The notes under the pieces were generated by a model, which saw only the letters and a program-made list of their open reading frames with translations, was not told where the DNA came from and did no database searches. 64,000 nucleotides of DNA from Octopus sinensis (Eukaryota): contig NC_043006.1 of the NCBI RefSeq assembly GCF_006345805.1, positions 54,870,001 to 54,934,000 on the forward strand. The letters are read 5' to 3'. This document shows positions 10,150 to 24,325 of this stretch, piece by piece (position 1 is the first letter of the stretch; each line of letters begins with the position of its first letter). The position numbers were made by a program, and so were the translations under genes.

Positions 10150-11055
10150 TGTTTGTTTTCCCAGGTTAGCATGGCTTAGATGTGAGAGGAATGGGACACA
10201 GGATTTTTATGGTGCTTTTCCTGTTGCCAACCCATACTTCTTTATCAGGTAAGCGAGTTTCTTGATTTATTTCAGAGGAACTCAAAAGCACAGACCTAGT
10301 AGATGATTTATTGACTAGAAATGTCAAATGTTCTGGGTGGCAGCATAGCTACAAATGGTGACCTAACTGCTTGTGGTTGGGCTACAATCACTGTTTGTAG
10401 CCGTAGCTCAGGTAAGGTCGTAAATATTCATACACGGACATATGCATGCACTCAGGCACACAAACACAAGAGGCTTCTTTTATTTTCTATTTACCAAATT
10501 CCTATGTATTAATTCATATTAAGTATAGCTGTGTCATCATGAAGTTCATTTTGCAACTATGTGATTTTGGGTTCAATCCCACTGTGCAGATGTTCATTAT
10601 ATTGTCAGCATCAGCATTCTACAGGGACAGAGTATATCTATATAAGATGTGTGTGTGTGTGCGTGCGCATGTGCATGAATCTATATCTGTTTATGTTAAA
10701 ACTGGTGTTATTTAAAAAAAAAAAAGGTCTAACTAGTGTTCACAAAAAGCCTGACTTAGCAATTTGTCAAATAAAGATTGATAAAAATAAGTACCAAACT
10801 GAAATAAGCCCCACAGTAGATGTGATTGAGTGGACCCATGAAAACAATGTCTCAATATCACAACAATCTAATAAGGGAACTAGTACAAGAATAAAAATGT
10901 ACATGTGCAAATAATCTCAAGATCTCAGTTAAGAATATCTAATAAATACCATGCTAGCATTGCTGTACATAACTTAATGCTATTTTCAATAAATAGCTTC
11001 CTATGGTTACTTAAGGGATTGTAAAAGGTTTAAAATTAAAGGAAATTTCACTCAC

Positions 11056-11114
11056 TTCTAGGGCACACATTCCAAAAGAATAAATATCTACAGCGGTTGT
11101 CACTTGACCAGGTC
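11056..11114 (-). CDS. NRBP1: NRBP exon, 59 nt, phase 1-0: (G)PGQVTTAVDIYSFGMCALE
   Basis: Acceptor tcctttcttttttcag, donor GAA|gtgagt; kinase subdomain IX DIYSFG. Not in the ORF track; found by manual translation. Confidence 0.96.
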
Positions 11115-11159
11115 CTGAAAAAAGAAAGGATGTATATATATATAAATAGCAGCTGTTTA

Positions 11160-11370
11160 TTAACCCTTTTGAAATATACCTCTTTCTTTCAGTTGATTTT
11201 TTTTAAAAAGTGAAGAATATAATAAAATAACTATTGTTGTTAAGCTGGAGTTTGTAACACAAATTAACATGGAATTTTTATAGAAATTTTTAATTTAGCT
11301 CACTTTAAAACTGAAGCTTGTATGTGAATACAAGGGCTGGTTATGGACAGGTTGGTTTCGAAAAGGTTAA
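11160..11370. mobile_element. TTAA-flanked MITE family 2
   Basis: TTAA|CCCTTTTGAAA ... TTTCGAAAAGG|TTAA; TTAA duplication intact. Confidence 0.65.
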
Positions 11371-12524
11371 TATCTTATATAAAAACATTTGTGACTTAAA
11401 ATCTACATAAATCGAGTGTTTCACAGACATAACAGCATGGCTAATCCTTCAATTTCTGTCCAAATCAGGTCAACAACTTCTTAAGTATCAGGTGTGCTTT
11501 AATAGGTGCAAAACTTTGAGAAATGCAAATTTGATTTACAGATTATTAACATAAAAATATTCAGCTTCATTCATAGACACAGACAGGGCTGTATGTGCAC
11601 CAAGGGCAAATGTCTTCTCCTATAGCCCTGGACTGGCCTAAAAACTTGAGAGGATTTGGTAGAGGGGAACTGAAAGAAACCTATTACATGCATGTATGCT
11701 TCTTTCTTGACATTACATGATGTTTGTAAGTATGCATCACCAAACAAATGGTGACATTTGTTTCCAATCCTCCATGAAAACGTCTGGCCACGAGGAAATA
11801 TTACTTTGCTTTGAAACACGTGGGGAGTTGGTGACAGAAAGCACATCTAGCTGAAGAAAATTTGCCTTAATGAATTCCATCTGATCCATGTAAACATGGA
11901 AAAGTGGATGTCAAAACAACGATGATGAGACATGCTGAGCAAACTTTCCTTTCATTTGCACACAATGATAGAACAAAGGGAAAGAAGTTGGGAAACATAC
12001 TGTATATTTTATACAAGTAAAAAACGAATTGGAGCTCCATAGGTTTTCATGATGATGATTCAATGTTCGATGAATTGAACTACCTGCTCATTAAATTAGC
12101 ACCTAAATGGCTGAACCTTCAACAGAGACATGTACTTTTAAATTACAATTCATCTGACAGACTTTCAAAGTTTCTGTGTACCTAATGTCACACATATGGA
12201 ACCTAGGTCAATCCAAGGCTATGGTAAATAACTCTTAAGATTTAACATAGTCAAATCCAGAAACCTAATGTACATCATTGTTTTATGTCTGCTTTCTATG
12301 CTGACATGGTTTTTGATGCATTACAAGCAAAGTCTGAGGCAGTTCTTTTTTTTGAGTTACTGACTTGGATGCTTAGGAGGATCATCTCACTCATATATTT
12401 CAATTTTGGTTTGGTGTCTACAGCTGCAAGCCCTTCCTAAGACAAACAGCTTTATAAAATAACCTGCATAAATTTAACTGTGAAATCAGAACTGGAGAGG
12501 TTGTCATGTCCTCAATAAGACTAA

Positions 12525-12960
12525 AGCGATCTCATAACCTCGCACTCTACAGAGTTTACTGGGTGGATCCTTTTGTGATACCAGCACTAGAGAAGGTCCC
12601 TATCATTTATCAACGAGGTAGTCTGCAAGAGTGTGTCATAAAATCGGTCTTTCTGTTCATCAGGTAGTCTTGGCTGAGATAAAGATTGCTAATCCATGTT
12701 GCAGCACTAGTCTAAGCTTAAGTATTCTATCACAGACTCTGACTACCTTGATTATCTCATCAACCCATTTTTCTGCAAGGAGTATACCCATGCCCCCAAC
12801 CCCATCAGTGTTCTCTACCTAGAAAATCTTATACCTATGTTCTTTGCCTTTGAGGAACCTAGCAGAACCTCCTCTTCACCTAACTTTTTGGATGCAGCAC
12901 AAATCTACATGTCTCCGTTCAAGCAGGGATTATTAATAGATTCACTGAAATAGAATGAGC
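12525..12960 (-). mobile_element. RTE-clade LINE relic, AP-endonuclease region
   Basis: Minus-strand translation with stops: LERRHVDLCCIQKVR*RGGSARFLKGKEHRYKIF*VENTDGVGGMGILLAEKWVDEIIKVVRVCDRILKLRL...DEQKDRFYDTL; typical RTE endonuclease motifs. Confidence 0.85.
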
Positions 12961-13045
12961 TCTCCATAGGACCTTTTGCTAACAAATATACATATTCATT
13001 CTACCCAACAGGTGATTTACTGGAAGAGTGAAATTATTTGAACTG

Positions 13046-13295
13046 CATCATCATCATCATCATCGTTTAATGTCTGTTTTCCATGCTAGCATGGGTTGGA
13101 CGGTTCGACCGGGGTCTGGGAAGCCAGGAGGTTGCACCAGATTCCAGTCTGATCTGGCAGTGTTTCTACAGCTGGATGCCCTTCCTAACGCCAACCACTC
13201 CGTAAGTGTAGTGGGTGCTTTTTACGGTCCACCGGCACAGGTGCCAGGGGAGGCTGGCAACGGCCACGATTGGTTGGTGCTTTTTATGTGCCACT
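13046..13295 (-). mobile_element. SINE-like repeat family C (AGGAAGGGCATCCAGCTGTAGAAAC core, GAT-repeat tail)
   Basis: Starts with (CAT)n on +; related copies ~3055-3280, ~8590-8690, ~11690-11930, ~23390-23465, ~34700-34885, ~37550-37710, ~49025-49145, ~61250-61460. Confidence 0.85.
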
Positions 13296-13516
13296 GGCAC
13301 TCTCTTACTGATTGATAACCAAAACAAAAGAACTGCAAAGTTAACCCCAGCAGAATTTATGTTTGAAACCCATGAAGGTATATAATTGCTTCTAATTCTC
13401 TAATCTCTATATTAATTCAAACATCCTGGGAGTAAAACAGGAACGTTATCAAATTTCATTAGAAGGAAGATAAGAAAATGGTCTGGAAAAATTTGAAGCT
13501 GCTGGATCAATGTTAC

Positions 13517-13600
13517 CTTCATATTCTGGTGCTATGCAGTGCATATTTTTCAAGTCTTCTCTGTAGGTTTTCACATGGTGGTGAATCGCATCTGGAGCAA
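13517..13600 (-). CDS. NRBP1: NRBP exon, 84 nt, phase 1-1: (V)APDAIHHHVKTYREDLKNMHCIAPEYE(G)
   Basis: Acceptor tttctttcag, donor G|gtaaca; activation segment and APE motif. Confidence 0.95.
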
Positions 13601-16600
13601 CTGAAAGAAACAGTAAGAAACATGACTGTAGATTGAGCAAAATTGGATTACTTTTACAGCGTCGGCAGCATACATTACATCTTATATATGTGTATGTATG
13701 TATGTGTGTGTATATATATATATATATATGCATACACATACAAACACAACACAACGTAACTTCAGCATTATTAAAACACATGCACATATTGTATAGCTAT
13801 ACATGTATGCCGTCCAAAGTACAAACCAGGTAAAATACATATACATATCTATGTGTGCATGTGTATGATGTAAGCATATATAATTAGCTGTAACTTTAGT
13901 TAACTTGGTTAGTTTGCTTTTTTAAGAAAACTGTATTGGTCACAGTCTATGGCAAAAAAGGTGGAGACGGGTACATTTTCCACATACGCACTAGGAAGAT
14001 GGTCGGCTAAACATTAAAAAGCAGTCTCATATTATTATTTTTTAATGGAAAGCTGTATTTGGAAGCGCATTACAGAGCTCTCCTCTCTCCTAGATGGCTT
14101 GCAGCAACAGGAAACTTTCAATTTGATATTTTACTGGAAAATAAAAATTATTTAGTAAAAGGACACTATATTTTGTTCCTCTGGAACAGCTGTTACAAAT
14201 GAAACATGACGTTAAAATAAGTAAACAAATAAATATAATTCTTCAGAATGAATTTCTTCTTTGTAATATTAACATTACTTTTTGTCTCTTAGTTTTTAAT
14301 TAAATTTTTGGAATGCAAACCTGTAATAAAAGGTGACACAAAAACACTGTGTTACATAAAAAGATCTTTTAATGTGAAGACAATTTTATAGAGAAAGAAA
14401 TAGGAGGCCAGGAAACCAAAATAAAATAGACATCTTGACGGATGTTTATTCTTTTCAGAGTAATTTAGCTGTAATTTTAATCAACAGAAGAACTGAAAAA
14501 TATAATGGGAGTGGTGTGGAGTGAGGGAAGTGATTGACAGCAAAAGTTACAAAATTAAAGCTGAAATAGCTTCTTGAAAATGTTGGCTGTATTTAGATTT
14601 AGAACACAAATACAATACTTCACATTTTGGTTTACTTCAAACATTCACTAAACACTCGTTACTTTCACAGGTGTACATAAAAAGAAAAAAAAAACTTTGT
14701 ACACCATGGACTATTTATTTACCTTATGTTCGTTGAATTTAAAAAGAAAAAAAAAAAGGACACTTTCAAAATTGCATTGATTTCTTACATAATTAAAACA
14801 CTTCAGATTGATACCAGTAAAGGACATGAGATTGTGAGATGTTCATGAGGTTTTCCTCAAAGCTTTAAGCAATGAAAGAGAAGCATAAAAACAGCCCGAA
14901 GCACGAATTGAAACCGAGTCACACATTCAGCTTGCACAGGTCCCTCCCCCCTCTCTCTCACTCTGTTTCTATCTCCTCTTCACCTAGTGATGCTGGCTCA
15001 AAATGTAACAACTATAAATAAACAAGCACAGGTTTGTGTGGTATGAAATTAAATACTAGAAGGACACTGTGGAAAGTAGGAACCTTGTAGACCAAGGCTG
15101 AGGAAAAGTCAGTCAGTCAAGCAGCACCAAACTTAAAGTTATATAATAACAGAATACTGTAACTACAAATGGAATGCTTCTGTAATCAGCCATGTGTATA
15201 TGTGTGCGTGCACATGAGCATGCATGTGTACATGTATATACATATACACACACACACACACATACATTTGTACACTCACACATGTTATTGTAAACACAAA
15301 TATGTTCTATTTTTAACATATTTAAGTTGTTTTTATCAATTAATATTCACACATCAATGATAGACTTGGTTTAATAAATTGCCATGGTCTGTCAACATTT
15401 GAAAATTTTTCTGAAATGAAAGGACTTCAGTGTTTTTTGTAATCAGAAGAAACATGTTGGGTCTGCTTCTCATTCATCATTGCCAGACTTCAAATGTATC
15501 TAGACACACTGTTGAGTAACGGGTTTTATAATATATTTTACTAAATCGATATCCAAACCAATCACTTAGCTTGTTGGTGATATTCTAAACAAAAATGAAA
15601 TAAACTGTTTTTTTGTGTGTGTTGTGTTGTTTACTCCAGACTGGCCCCAGCAAAGCAGAGCCATGATAAAAGATGATCCCACTGAGATCACCCAGTCATA
15701 TTCTTAAATTTTGAGAGAGGTGTGGTTATTTCTAGCATGTTGGGTAACTGTGTAGCGATCTTCTCATTAGCTTGATGTATTGATAGTTGTATCTCTAATA
15801 TAACAGGGCCATAAAGGTTACACCATTTATATTGTATATCTAATATAGATGAGCCACGAAGATAACAATTTTAAGTTTCACACAAATTAATAAATTTTCT
15901 CTTCTTTTTATGGCTTAGTCAGAAGGAAGGCACAGTACCTATGGCAATAACAGGCCACAACAAAATATTTGAGCATGGTACTACTAAGACTGAAATGGGG
16001 AAATGTATGGGCTGGTGAATTGACATTGTTAATTTCAAGGCTGGCAGATTGATGGTCTAGGGAAGAATTTGGAAAAGTGGATAGTACATGTTGTGTAAAC
16101 TGAAATAGTGTAGGAGAGGTGGGAGGATTAGCGACAGGCATATCAGATGGACCTAGTAGAGGTGATGTACGACCAACTAGTTCATCTACTAATCTGAAGT
16201 TTCTTAAGTGGTGGCTTGAAGTTTGCACTTTGTGAGGTAAGGGTTTTTTTCTTTAATTTTTGTTTAATATTATTAAAGCAATACAGAAACAAATTCAGCA
16301 TACTAACTACAACAAACATAATACTCAAACTAAAATATTATTAAACCAAACAAACTAAAATACATAAATTAAATGCTACTTGATTATAGAACAGATATAT
16401 GGAAATGTTATAAAAAAAAAATCTGCCCAAACAGAACACAACATGCCTAACACCCAATCATGATCCGGCATTAAAATATATTATCTACACATAAGTATAT
16501 ACATACATTTATATATCAAGAGTATCTTTCATTCTTGTTACACAAACTATACACACACACACACAGTGTGATTTAAAAGTTCCTTTAGCATTTCAATGAT

Positions 16601-17674
16601 ATATAAAATTATTTTTCTTACAATTTTAATTTTCTAATACTATCTTTGCTATTTTGTTGCTGCTCTACACGTACCTTTTGAGACATAGAAGAAAAATTAA
16701 GCACAGATAACAGGTAAAAGGTACTGGACAAAAAAAGACACAGGCACTGATATCGCTCTCCCTTCATTAGATGTTGACTCAAGATAAATGTAATTTCAGC
16801 AAGCTATTAACAGAACTGCTCACTTTCGAGTACAGGTAGTCTTACAACAAATGCATTCAATACAAATGGTAGACCACATAATTTCTGAATATCAATGATG
16901 GTGAGCTGCATAACCCAGCTAAAAATGAAACCTAAAGAATAGGTTCCTTCTGCAGGACCTGAATACTTGAATTCTGTTCAATTGCTGACATTTTATGAAA
17001 AATTAGATGTGACCCACACTGGCATAATGTCCATATGCCTAGGACTGCACTGTTGCAACACACATACAGGCTAGACTGCATTCAAAAGACCATTCAGCTG
17101 ATTGATTTACTAAATAACAAGCAACAATCAATATAATACATATATGCACACACATCACCAGCAGAAAATTTGACCCTTCAATTCTAGTATGATTATTGGA
17201 TAAAATTCTTCCTTTTATCTAAGAGAAGCAATAGTAGAGATAGAAGTATGATATTATCTCTAAAAGAAAAGAGAGACATTTTCAATGGAGGTTTTGCTTT
17301 CTAATAACGACAAAACAACTTGCATGTCCCATTTTCTTGCATCTAATTTTGGTCAATAAATGGCTTGTGTGTCCATTTCCAATAAAATCAACAGAAATTA
17401 TTGATCCAGATAGTGTCAAAAATTGCAAGAAATCATTAATATACAAGAATACTTAGAGAAAATAAGAATCATAAGCCACTATATTTTGCATATTTTTCTG
17501 AGACAACGCTCATTAACGTCATTAAAACAAGCATGCATAACTATTGCTTTATGTAACTCTAGAGAAATAATTGAATTGCTGCAATTTTCTTCTTTTTTTT
17601 TTATCACTTCTTTTCATATATTGTTGACATGTATACTGGTCTTAATGAAGTTTAATTTGTATAACAAGGAATTC

Positions 17675-17885
17675 TGTTGTTGTTTAGCCACAAGTCAGCC
17701 TTATGATAACCAAAACCTATGATCAAAGCTATTCAATATCATGGTGATACCGTCTTCTTTCTGTATCAGGGACTAATATTGTCTAATGCATCCTTCTTTT
17801 ATTTAAAATGGTAGGATGTGATTTGAGGAAGATTTGGCTATTCTTTCTAATAGCTTGATCAACTGTATAGAGACTCCATTTGTTA
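17675..17885 (-). mobile_element. SINE-like repeat family D (AAC-repeat tail)
   Basis: Homologous to ~15620-15790, ~26950-27130 (opposite strand), ~35455-35645, ~50510-50680. Confidence 0.65.
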
Positions 17886-18193
17886 GTGGCATGTAAACAA
17901 ACAGCCTGTGAAGACTGCTTTTAAATCCAGTTGCAGCAGCATCTACTGTGACATATTCATGCCATCCCAGACCAAATTCTAATGCAGAAGTTCTTGCTTA
18001 TTGTCCATAAGCTAAATGGGAGAAATGATAGAAGGCAGAGGTAAATGCTCAGTGAACAAAATGTGGGGCTTTTGTATCCACATAGCACCATAACACTCCC
18101 ACAATGTCATTTCGGTGACAATTGTAAATTTGCAGTCTTTCTGTCCCATGTAGGAAATCTAACTATAATAGAACAAGTAGAAAGATAAATTTT

Positions 18194-18367
18194 AGGAGTG
18201 GCTGTGCGGTAAGTAGCTTGCTAACCAACCACATGGTTCCGGGTTCAATCCCACTGTGTGGCATCTTGGGCAAGTGTCTTCTGCTATAGCCATGGACCGA
18301 CCAATGCCTTGTGAGTGGATTTGGTAGACGGAAACTGAAAGAAGCCTGTTGTATATATGTATGTATA

Positions 18368-18422
<55 letters not shown>

Positions 18423-18622
18423 ATGTGTTTGTCCCCCTAGCATTGCTTGACAACTGATGCTGGTGTGTTTATGTCCCCGTTACTTAGCGGTTCGGCAAAA
18501 GAGACTGATAGAATAAGTACTGGGCTTACAAAGAATAAGTCCCGGGGTCGATTTGCTCGACTAAAGGTGGTGCTCCAGCATGACCGCAGTCAAATGACTG
18601 AAACAAGTAAAAGAGTAAAGAG
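18194..18622 (+). mobile_element. tRNA-derived SINE, family B, near full length with internal TA/TG microsatellite
   Basis: GGAGTGGCTGTGCGGT A-box region, GGTTCAATCCC B-box, CTTGGGCAAGTGTCTT core; other copies ~7700-7890, ~20655-20815, ~28520-28645, ~28815-29125, ~48830-48990, ~53870-54025, ~55680-55815, ~61490-61590, ~61815-61970, ~63190-63330. Confidence 0.92.
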
Positions 18623-19248
18623 TGTAAATACTGAACAGTATATATAAAGGATAAAATCCTTTCAAGAGCAGAAAAATTTGCCGGCAACCAGCCATGAGGA
18701 CGCTTCAAAACAAACTGTTTGTTTGTTTACATATGACCTAACTGTAATATTTTTAATATTTAGTAGTACTATATAAATATATTCATACAAATACTCGCAC
18801 AGCCGATGAGTTACTACAAATAAAACAGTGTGTGTGTGTGTGTGGTATAAAGCTAGTGATGGCACTGCATCAAATTGCACTGAATGAGAAGTTAACAGAA
18901 TGAAACTGGAAATTTCATACAAATATATTCTATAACATATATTGAGTACTCTTTCTCTCATTAGTTAAGCTGCAAAACTTGTGTGTATGCATGTGTGTGT
19001 ATGTGTACACATGTATGCAGCCATTTTTTTTTTACTTGGAGGACATACAACTTGGCTGTCTCTCATTAATTTCTCTTTCAACTTTTCCTTGAAGGATGCT
19101 GAAATGCTGGATTTTCCACTTTCTATGGCAAGTTCACTGTTTTGTCTTCTTTCTTTCTATCTATACACACATTAGTGGTAAGTTGTGTTTTCTGAACATT
19201 ACAAATATAGTCCCAAGCAGTTTAGAGACATAAGCACATATCCTCTCG

Positions 19249-19290
<42 letters not shown>

Positions 19291-19784
19291 AATGGATGAA
19301 AAAGAGAGATATGAAATGAACTAAATCAAATATAATGAAGATTTAAATTGCTTCAAGAAATTTTAAAGTTTGCATTCCAAATAACATTGAATTCACATAG
19401 CTTTTATATATTACACACACAGACAGTAAAATGTCTGCAATTCAAGTACAAATAAAATAGAAATCATTGAATTATTAAAACATATTTCATTCACTTCTAT
19501 TCTTTTATTATAGTTTTGTTTTTACCTTCATTCATTTCATGCCAAGCCAATATCAGACAACTTATATTTTCTTGAGATAAAGTGATAGGTATAAAATTGT
19601 TAGGACTACTACTACTACTACAACTACTAATACAACCACCACTATAACTATTACATGAACATTTACATAAGATAGTAATACCAATACATATAATAATAAA
19701 AAAGTAAACATTACACACACGCACCATTTGTGTACATTTAATGTAAATGAAATACAGAATAAAAGGGGAGGGAGCAGTTCTAAA

Positions 19785-19827
19785 TAATAATAATAATAAT
19801 AATAATAATGATAATAATAATAATCAC

Positions 19828-19870
<43 letters not shown>
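19785..19870. repeat. (AAT)n microsatellite
   Basis: Long near-perfect AAT run. Confidence 0.95.
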
Positions 19871-20810
19871 GATGTAGATAAGAGGGTACCATCAGCAAAA
19901 GAGGGGAAATATAAAGCCTAGGGAACAGTTTAAATTATTGCAAAGAGAGATTATGAAAGCATAAAGTGTCGTGTGACAAATTATTAAGCATAACTATTAT
20001 TAGTTTTAATAATCGGTTCCTCTTTTTGGTTGGTGATAGTGATGTAGAGGTAGAAGCCCATTGTTACTTAGCATGACAACTTATATTAGCTGTTAGAGAG
20101 AGAGAGAGAAGCCTGTAATTGGTTTATGCTTCCTATTGCATTAAGAATAGTGTGTGATGTATATGTATCATGTAGGAAAATGGGGGGGGAGAAAGAGAGA
20201 AATAAAGATAGATAGATAGATAGAGACTAACAAACAACTCACTATCACCATCACCATTACTACTTCCCACACGAACATTAGTACCAATATCAGTGATATC
20301 AATTGCAATTTTTTTTCAAATTACATCTACCATATATATATTGTAAAGTTCAAGTTTTGTCTAACAGATTGTTCAATCAAAGGAGCACCAATTTACAGAT
20401 TCTGTGCACGTACACACACACACACACAGAGCCAGCACATGTGGGCTATCACGACTCACTTCATCCTTTATATTTTTTTCTTTTAGTTTTTCTTTCTCTT
20501 TCCAATCTCGCCCTTTATTACACAGAATAAATTTCACAATAATTTGGATTGTGAAACTAGCCAATATTTTATTTTGTGATTTTTTCATTTTCTCACCCTC
20601 TCTATGGACACACACACACACACACACACAGATATATGTACATATATGCACTTGCAGGAGTGGTCGCTAAGTTGAGAAGAATGCTTCTCAACCATGTGGT
20701 TTTGGATTCAGTTTCCCTGCATGGCAGCTTGGCCAAATGTTTTCTACTATAGCATCGGGCCAACCAAAGCCTTGTCAGTGGATTTGGTAGACAGAAACTG
20801 AAAGAAGCTT

Positions 20811-20813
20811 ACC

Positions 20814-20852
<39 letters not shown>

Positions 20853-21033
20853 ATATAAATATATGTATATATAAATATATATATGTATGTATGTATGTAT
20901 ATATGTCTTTTGTTTTTTTGTAAATTCTCACTATATATGTGTGTGTGTATTATATATGTATATATATACATGTATATATATGTGTGTATGTATGTATATA
21001 TATGTGTGCGCATGTGTGTGTATATGTATATAA

Positions 21034-21069
<36 letters not shown>

Positions 21070-21205
21070 GCATATATATATATACATGCGTGTGTATATA
21101 TGTATATATATAACTTATAAACTTGTTTATATATTTAACCTTTAGAGGTATTTTTTAATATGCTAGCCATTGATAAAATTTTTTTTGAAAAATTTTATCC
21201 TATAT

Positions 21206-21250
<45 letters not shown>
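20811..21250. repeat. Compound (TA)n/(TG)n/(TATG)n microsatellite block
   Basis: Read directly; source of several spurious YI-rich ORFs. Confidence 0.95.
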
Positions 21251-24200
21251 TGTATATTTTTGTGAGTTTCCCTTGTATTTGCTGGTTTGTAAACAATGGT
21301 TTCCTGATGGGTCTTGACATATTGTACAATCTTTGAAAAAACAAAAGGTTCCTTAAATGGTGTTATTTGTTTCCAGTTACTTGTATAAAACCTGCCTGGA
21401 CTGTAAGTTGTATAATGGACTCGGAGATTATTAACTCACTGGGAGAGAAGTAGAAGTCAGCAACAAAAAGAGCTTCCCATCACAGATATTTATTTAGCAT
21501 CCCTCAAAGCAAAGTATAGTTTCAATAAATCAAGAATTTATCTTGTATACTATCAAGTATACCTTTAATTCATCTGTTGTCCAAATTCAATTCTCTTAGG
21601 TAATTTTTGTTTTAATTATGCAAATTACCCAAAGCCATAAACATTCTGTACTCATTTTGTATATGTCTAAATCTTATGGCTATTTGAGTCGAAGTAGGAC
21701 AACTGCTGTGCTGATGATTCCCAATGAGGCAAAAACATGTCCAAAGCTGTCTTCTTATCTTCAGAGAAAGCAGTCTTTTCTTAACAGTATGTCAATTTTT
21801 GAGATGACCTTCCTCTCTAATTCAGAGTTCAGTCATTTTGTTTTAGTTATGCAATGAATAATGGATGGCAGATATGGTACAGTACCAGATAAAATGCCTT
21901 GCATAATTCCATCATGTTCAAGTAAGCTTTTCATTCTTTGAAGGCTGATACAACAAATAACGGTTAAATACTGGAGCTGATTTAAGTAATTATACTACTA
22001 CCCTGTTAGTTGTCATTTTGTGTTAAGGTAAGAAAAAAAAAAATTAAGGTGGCACACTGGCAGAATCATTTGAGCATTAGAAGAAATATCTTACTGTATT
22101 TGTTCCAGCTCTTTACCTTCTGAGTTCAAATCCCACTAAGGATAACTTTACCTTTCATCTTTTTGGCATCATCAGAATTGATGGTTCTAACTAGTCCCTT
22201 CCCTCTCCTCTCAAAATTGCTGGTCCTTTTCATAAATAATAATAATAATTATTATTATGAACTGTATTAGCCCTACCAAATCACTCCTACAATATATGGC
22301 ATAGAACCTCTCATAACTAGACACCAATATCTAAGCCTGATTAGGTTACTCATGAAGAAAACTAAACAATACCAATGTAAGTGATCCCAACAAACTATGA
22401 ATCCACAAACACTTTCCACTTTACAAGGATGAAGGACAACTCAGAATGAGACTAAGATATAACAAATTCACTATCAAGCATAACAAATGTATATTCCCAT
22501 CATCAGCTGCCAAATGGATATCACTATTGTTTCAGCACCTTGGCAGTACCATTCAATTCAGCATTGTCAAGAGCGTTAAAAATATAAATGCTGCTTGGGA
22601 ATCCACCAGCTTATTACTACAACTAACAACATCAAAGTAAACAAATAGTGATAACTTATTGCTACTAAACAGTACTTATAACAAATAACTTATTCATGAC
22701 ATTCAGATGACACAACAAACGCAGAAAAGTAAAATTACTTAAATCAGTTCCAGTACTTAACTGATATATGTGCTGCAGTGACCTCACACTGACATTCATC
22801 TACCTTTAAATGTTAACCATTTTCAGTGATGAAGCAACATTATTGTAATGAGATCAATCTTAAAACAAGGGAGTTTATATACAATTTAAGACTGCTGCAT
22901 AATTGAATGTGTATGGGTGGTGAAGGGGGAACGTGTTCAAATTATGCTGTGGAACCAAGAATTAAAGGTGTTATTTTGTTAGGTCACTGGGAAGGAGTTC
23001 ATAAATATGTGCATGTGTGTGTGTGTGTGTATATATACATACACATAACATCGACTCTGAAGTTTTTGGTGTTGTCTTAGGGATAGTGTCATGACATACA
23101 ATATGTCTTGGGTATTTTAGATCTGGTAGAGATCCTCCCTCTCCAAGTATGACTCACAACACATTTCTTTCCAGAGGGAAGAAAGAGAAGAATCAATACC
23201 ATTACAAGACTGGTAGATTATTGACCCCTAAAAAATGAAAAGCAAAGTTAACCATGGTGGGATTTAAACTCATACAGCAGAGCCAGAATGATTGCCACAA
23301 AGCAATCTATTCAACTCTCTAACAACCCTGCCAATTGGGTGCAAATGTGTCATATTTGTTGCTGTCATCATTGTCACCTGTCATTTTAACATCCAGTTTT
23401 CCATGCTTGCATGAGTTAGATGGAATTTGCTGAGGCAAGATTTCTGTAGCTGGATGTCCATCCAATTTGTCATTGCTGGCCATATTTACACAGAAAATTA
23501 GCAACAAACAACACCATGTGTGTGCATTTGAAAGCATATATATAGCTTTTAGAAATTTATTTATATTAGTAACAGTAAGCAAGCATTATCCACTTCTAAA
23601 TGTCACTAAACATGCCATCTAATGTAATTATGTTTGTATATATGTATATGATGTATTCTTTCTAAAGTGTACTGCATTTTTTGATATTTCACCCACACAG
23701 ACAGGGTTAAAGCAACTTACAACAAATCTTTCAGCCAGTGAACAAGTGAGGTATGTGGTACAACTGAATGAAAGACTCTACCTAACAAGTTTGTGGTGCT
23801 TCTTAATTCAGTGGGTTGCTACAGATTTGTCACTGAGGGCAGGAATCTAGTTCACGTAGATATTTTACTGTAAACTTGGCAACTAGGTTTCTTGACTTGG
23901 AACTTATATGAGGCTATTGTATTTTTCTAGCCAGGTTAGAAAAAGAAAGTGTTTTATTAGTGAAAGTGTGTGTGTGTGTGTGCGAAATAAGCTAATGTAA
24001 TCATTTTGCTTGTTTATAAGTCTTGTAGAAGCATCTACAAAAGCAAACAGTGTAGTTTCCATTTTGGTAGTGCCAAAACATTTAGAGCAGTTCTAGAACG
24101 GGTCCAAGACTTTGTATTTTGGGTGAAGCCAATGCGAAAAAGGGATAACAATGTTGATATTACTTTGTTAAAGAGTCAGGTTTCATATATAAATTTTCTT

Positions 24201-24325
24201 TCTTTTTTCCTCCCTCATTCTTTTTAAATGTTTTAATGCACTTTCACACTCTCTCTCTCTTTGTCAGTTTCTGCTTTTGCAAAAATCAACCCCCTTATTT
24301 CCCTAACAAAAGGGGTCATACTTAC

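Noticed and set aside
20747-21145. Several Y/I/C/V-rich ORFs
   Set aside because: Translations of TA/TG microsatellites; the same applies to 18163-18453, 31757-32204 and 60434-60710.
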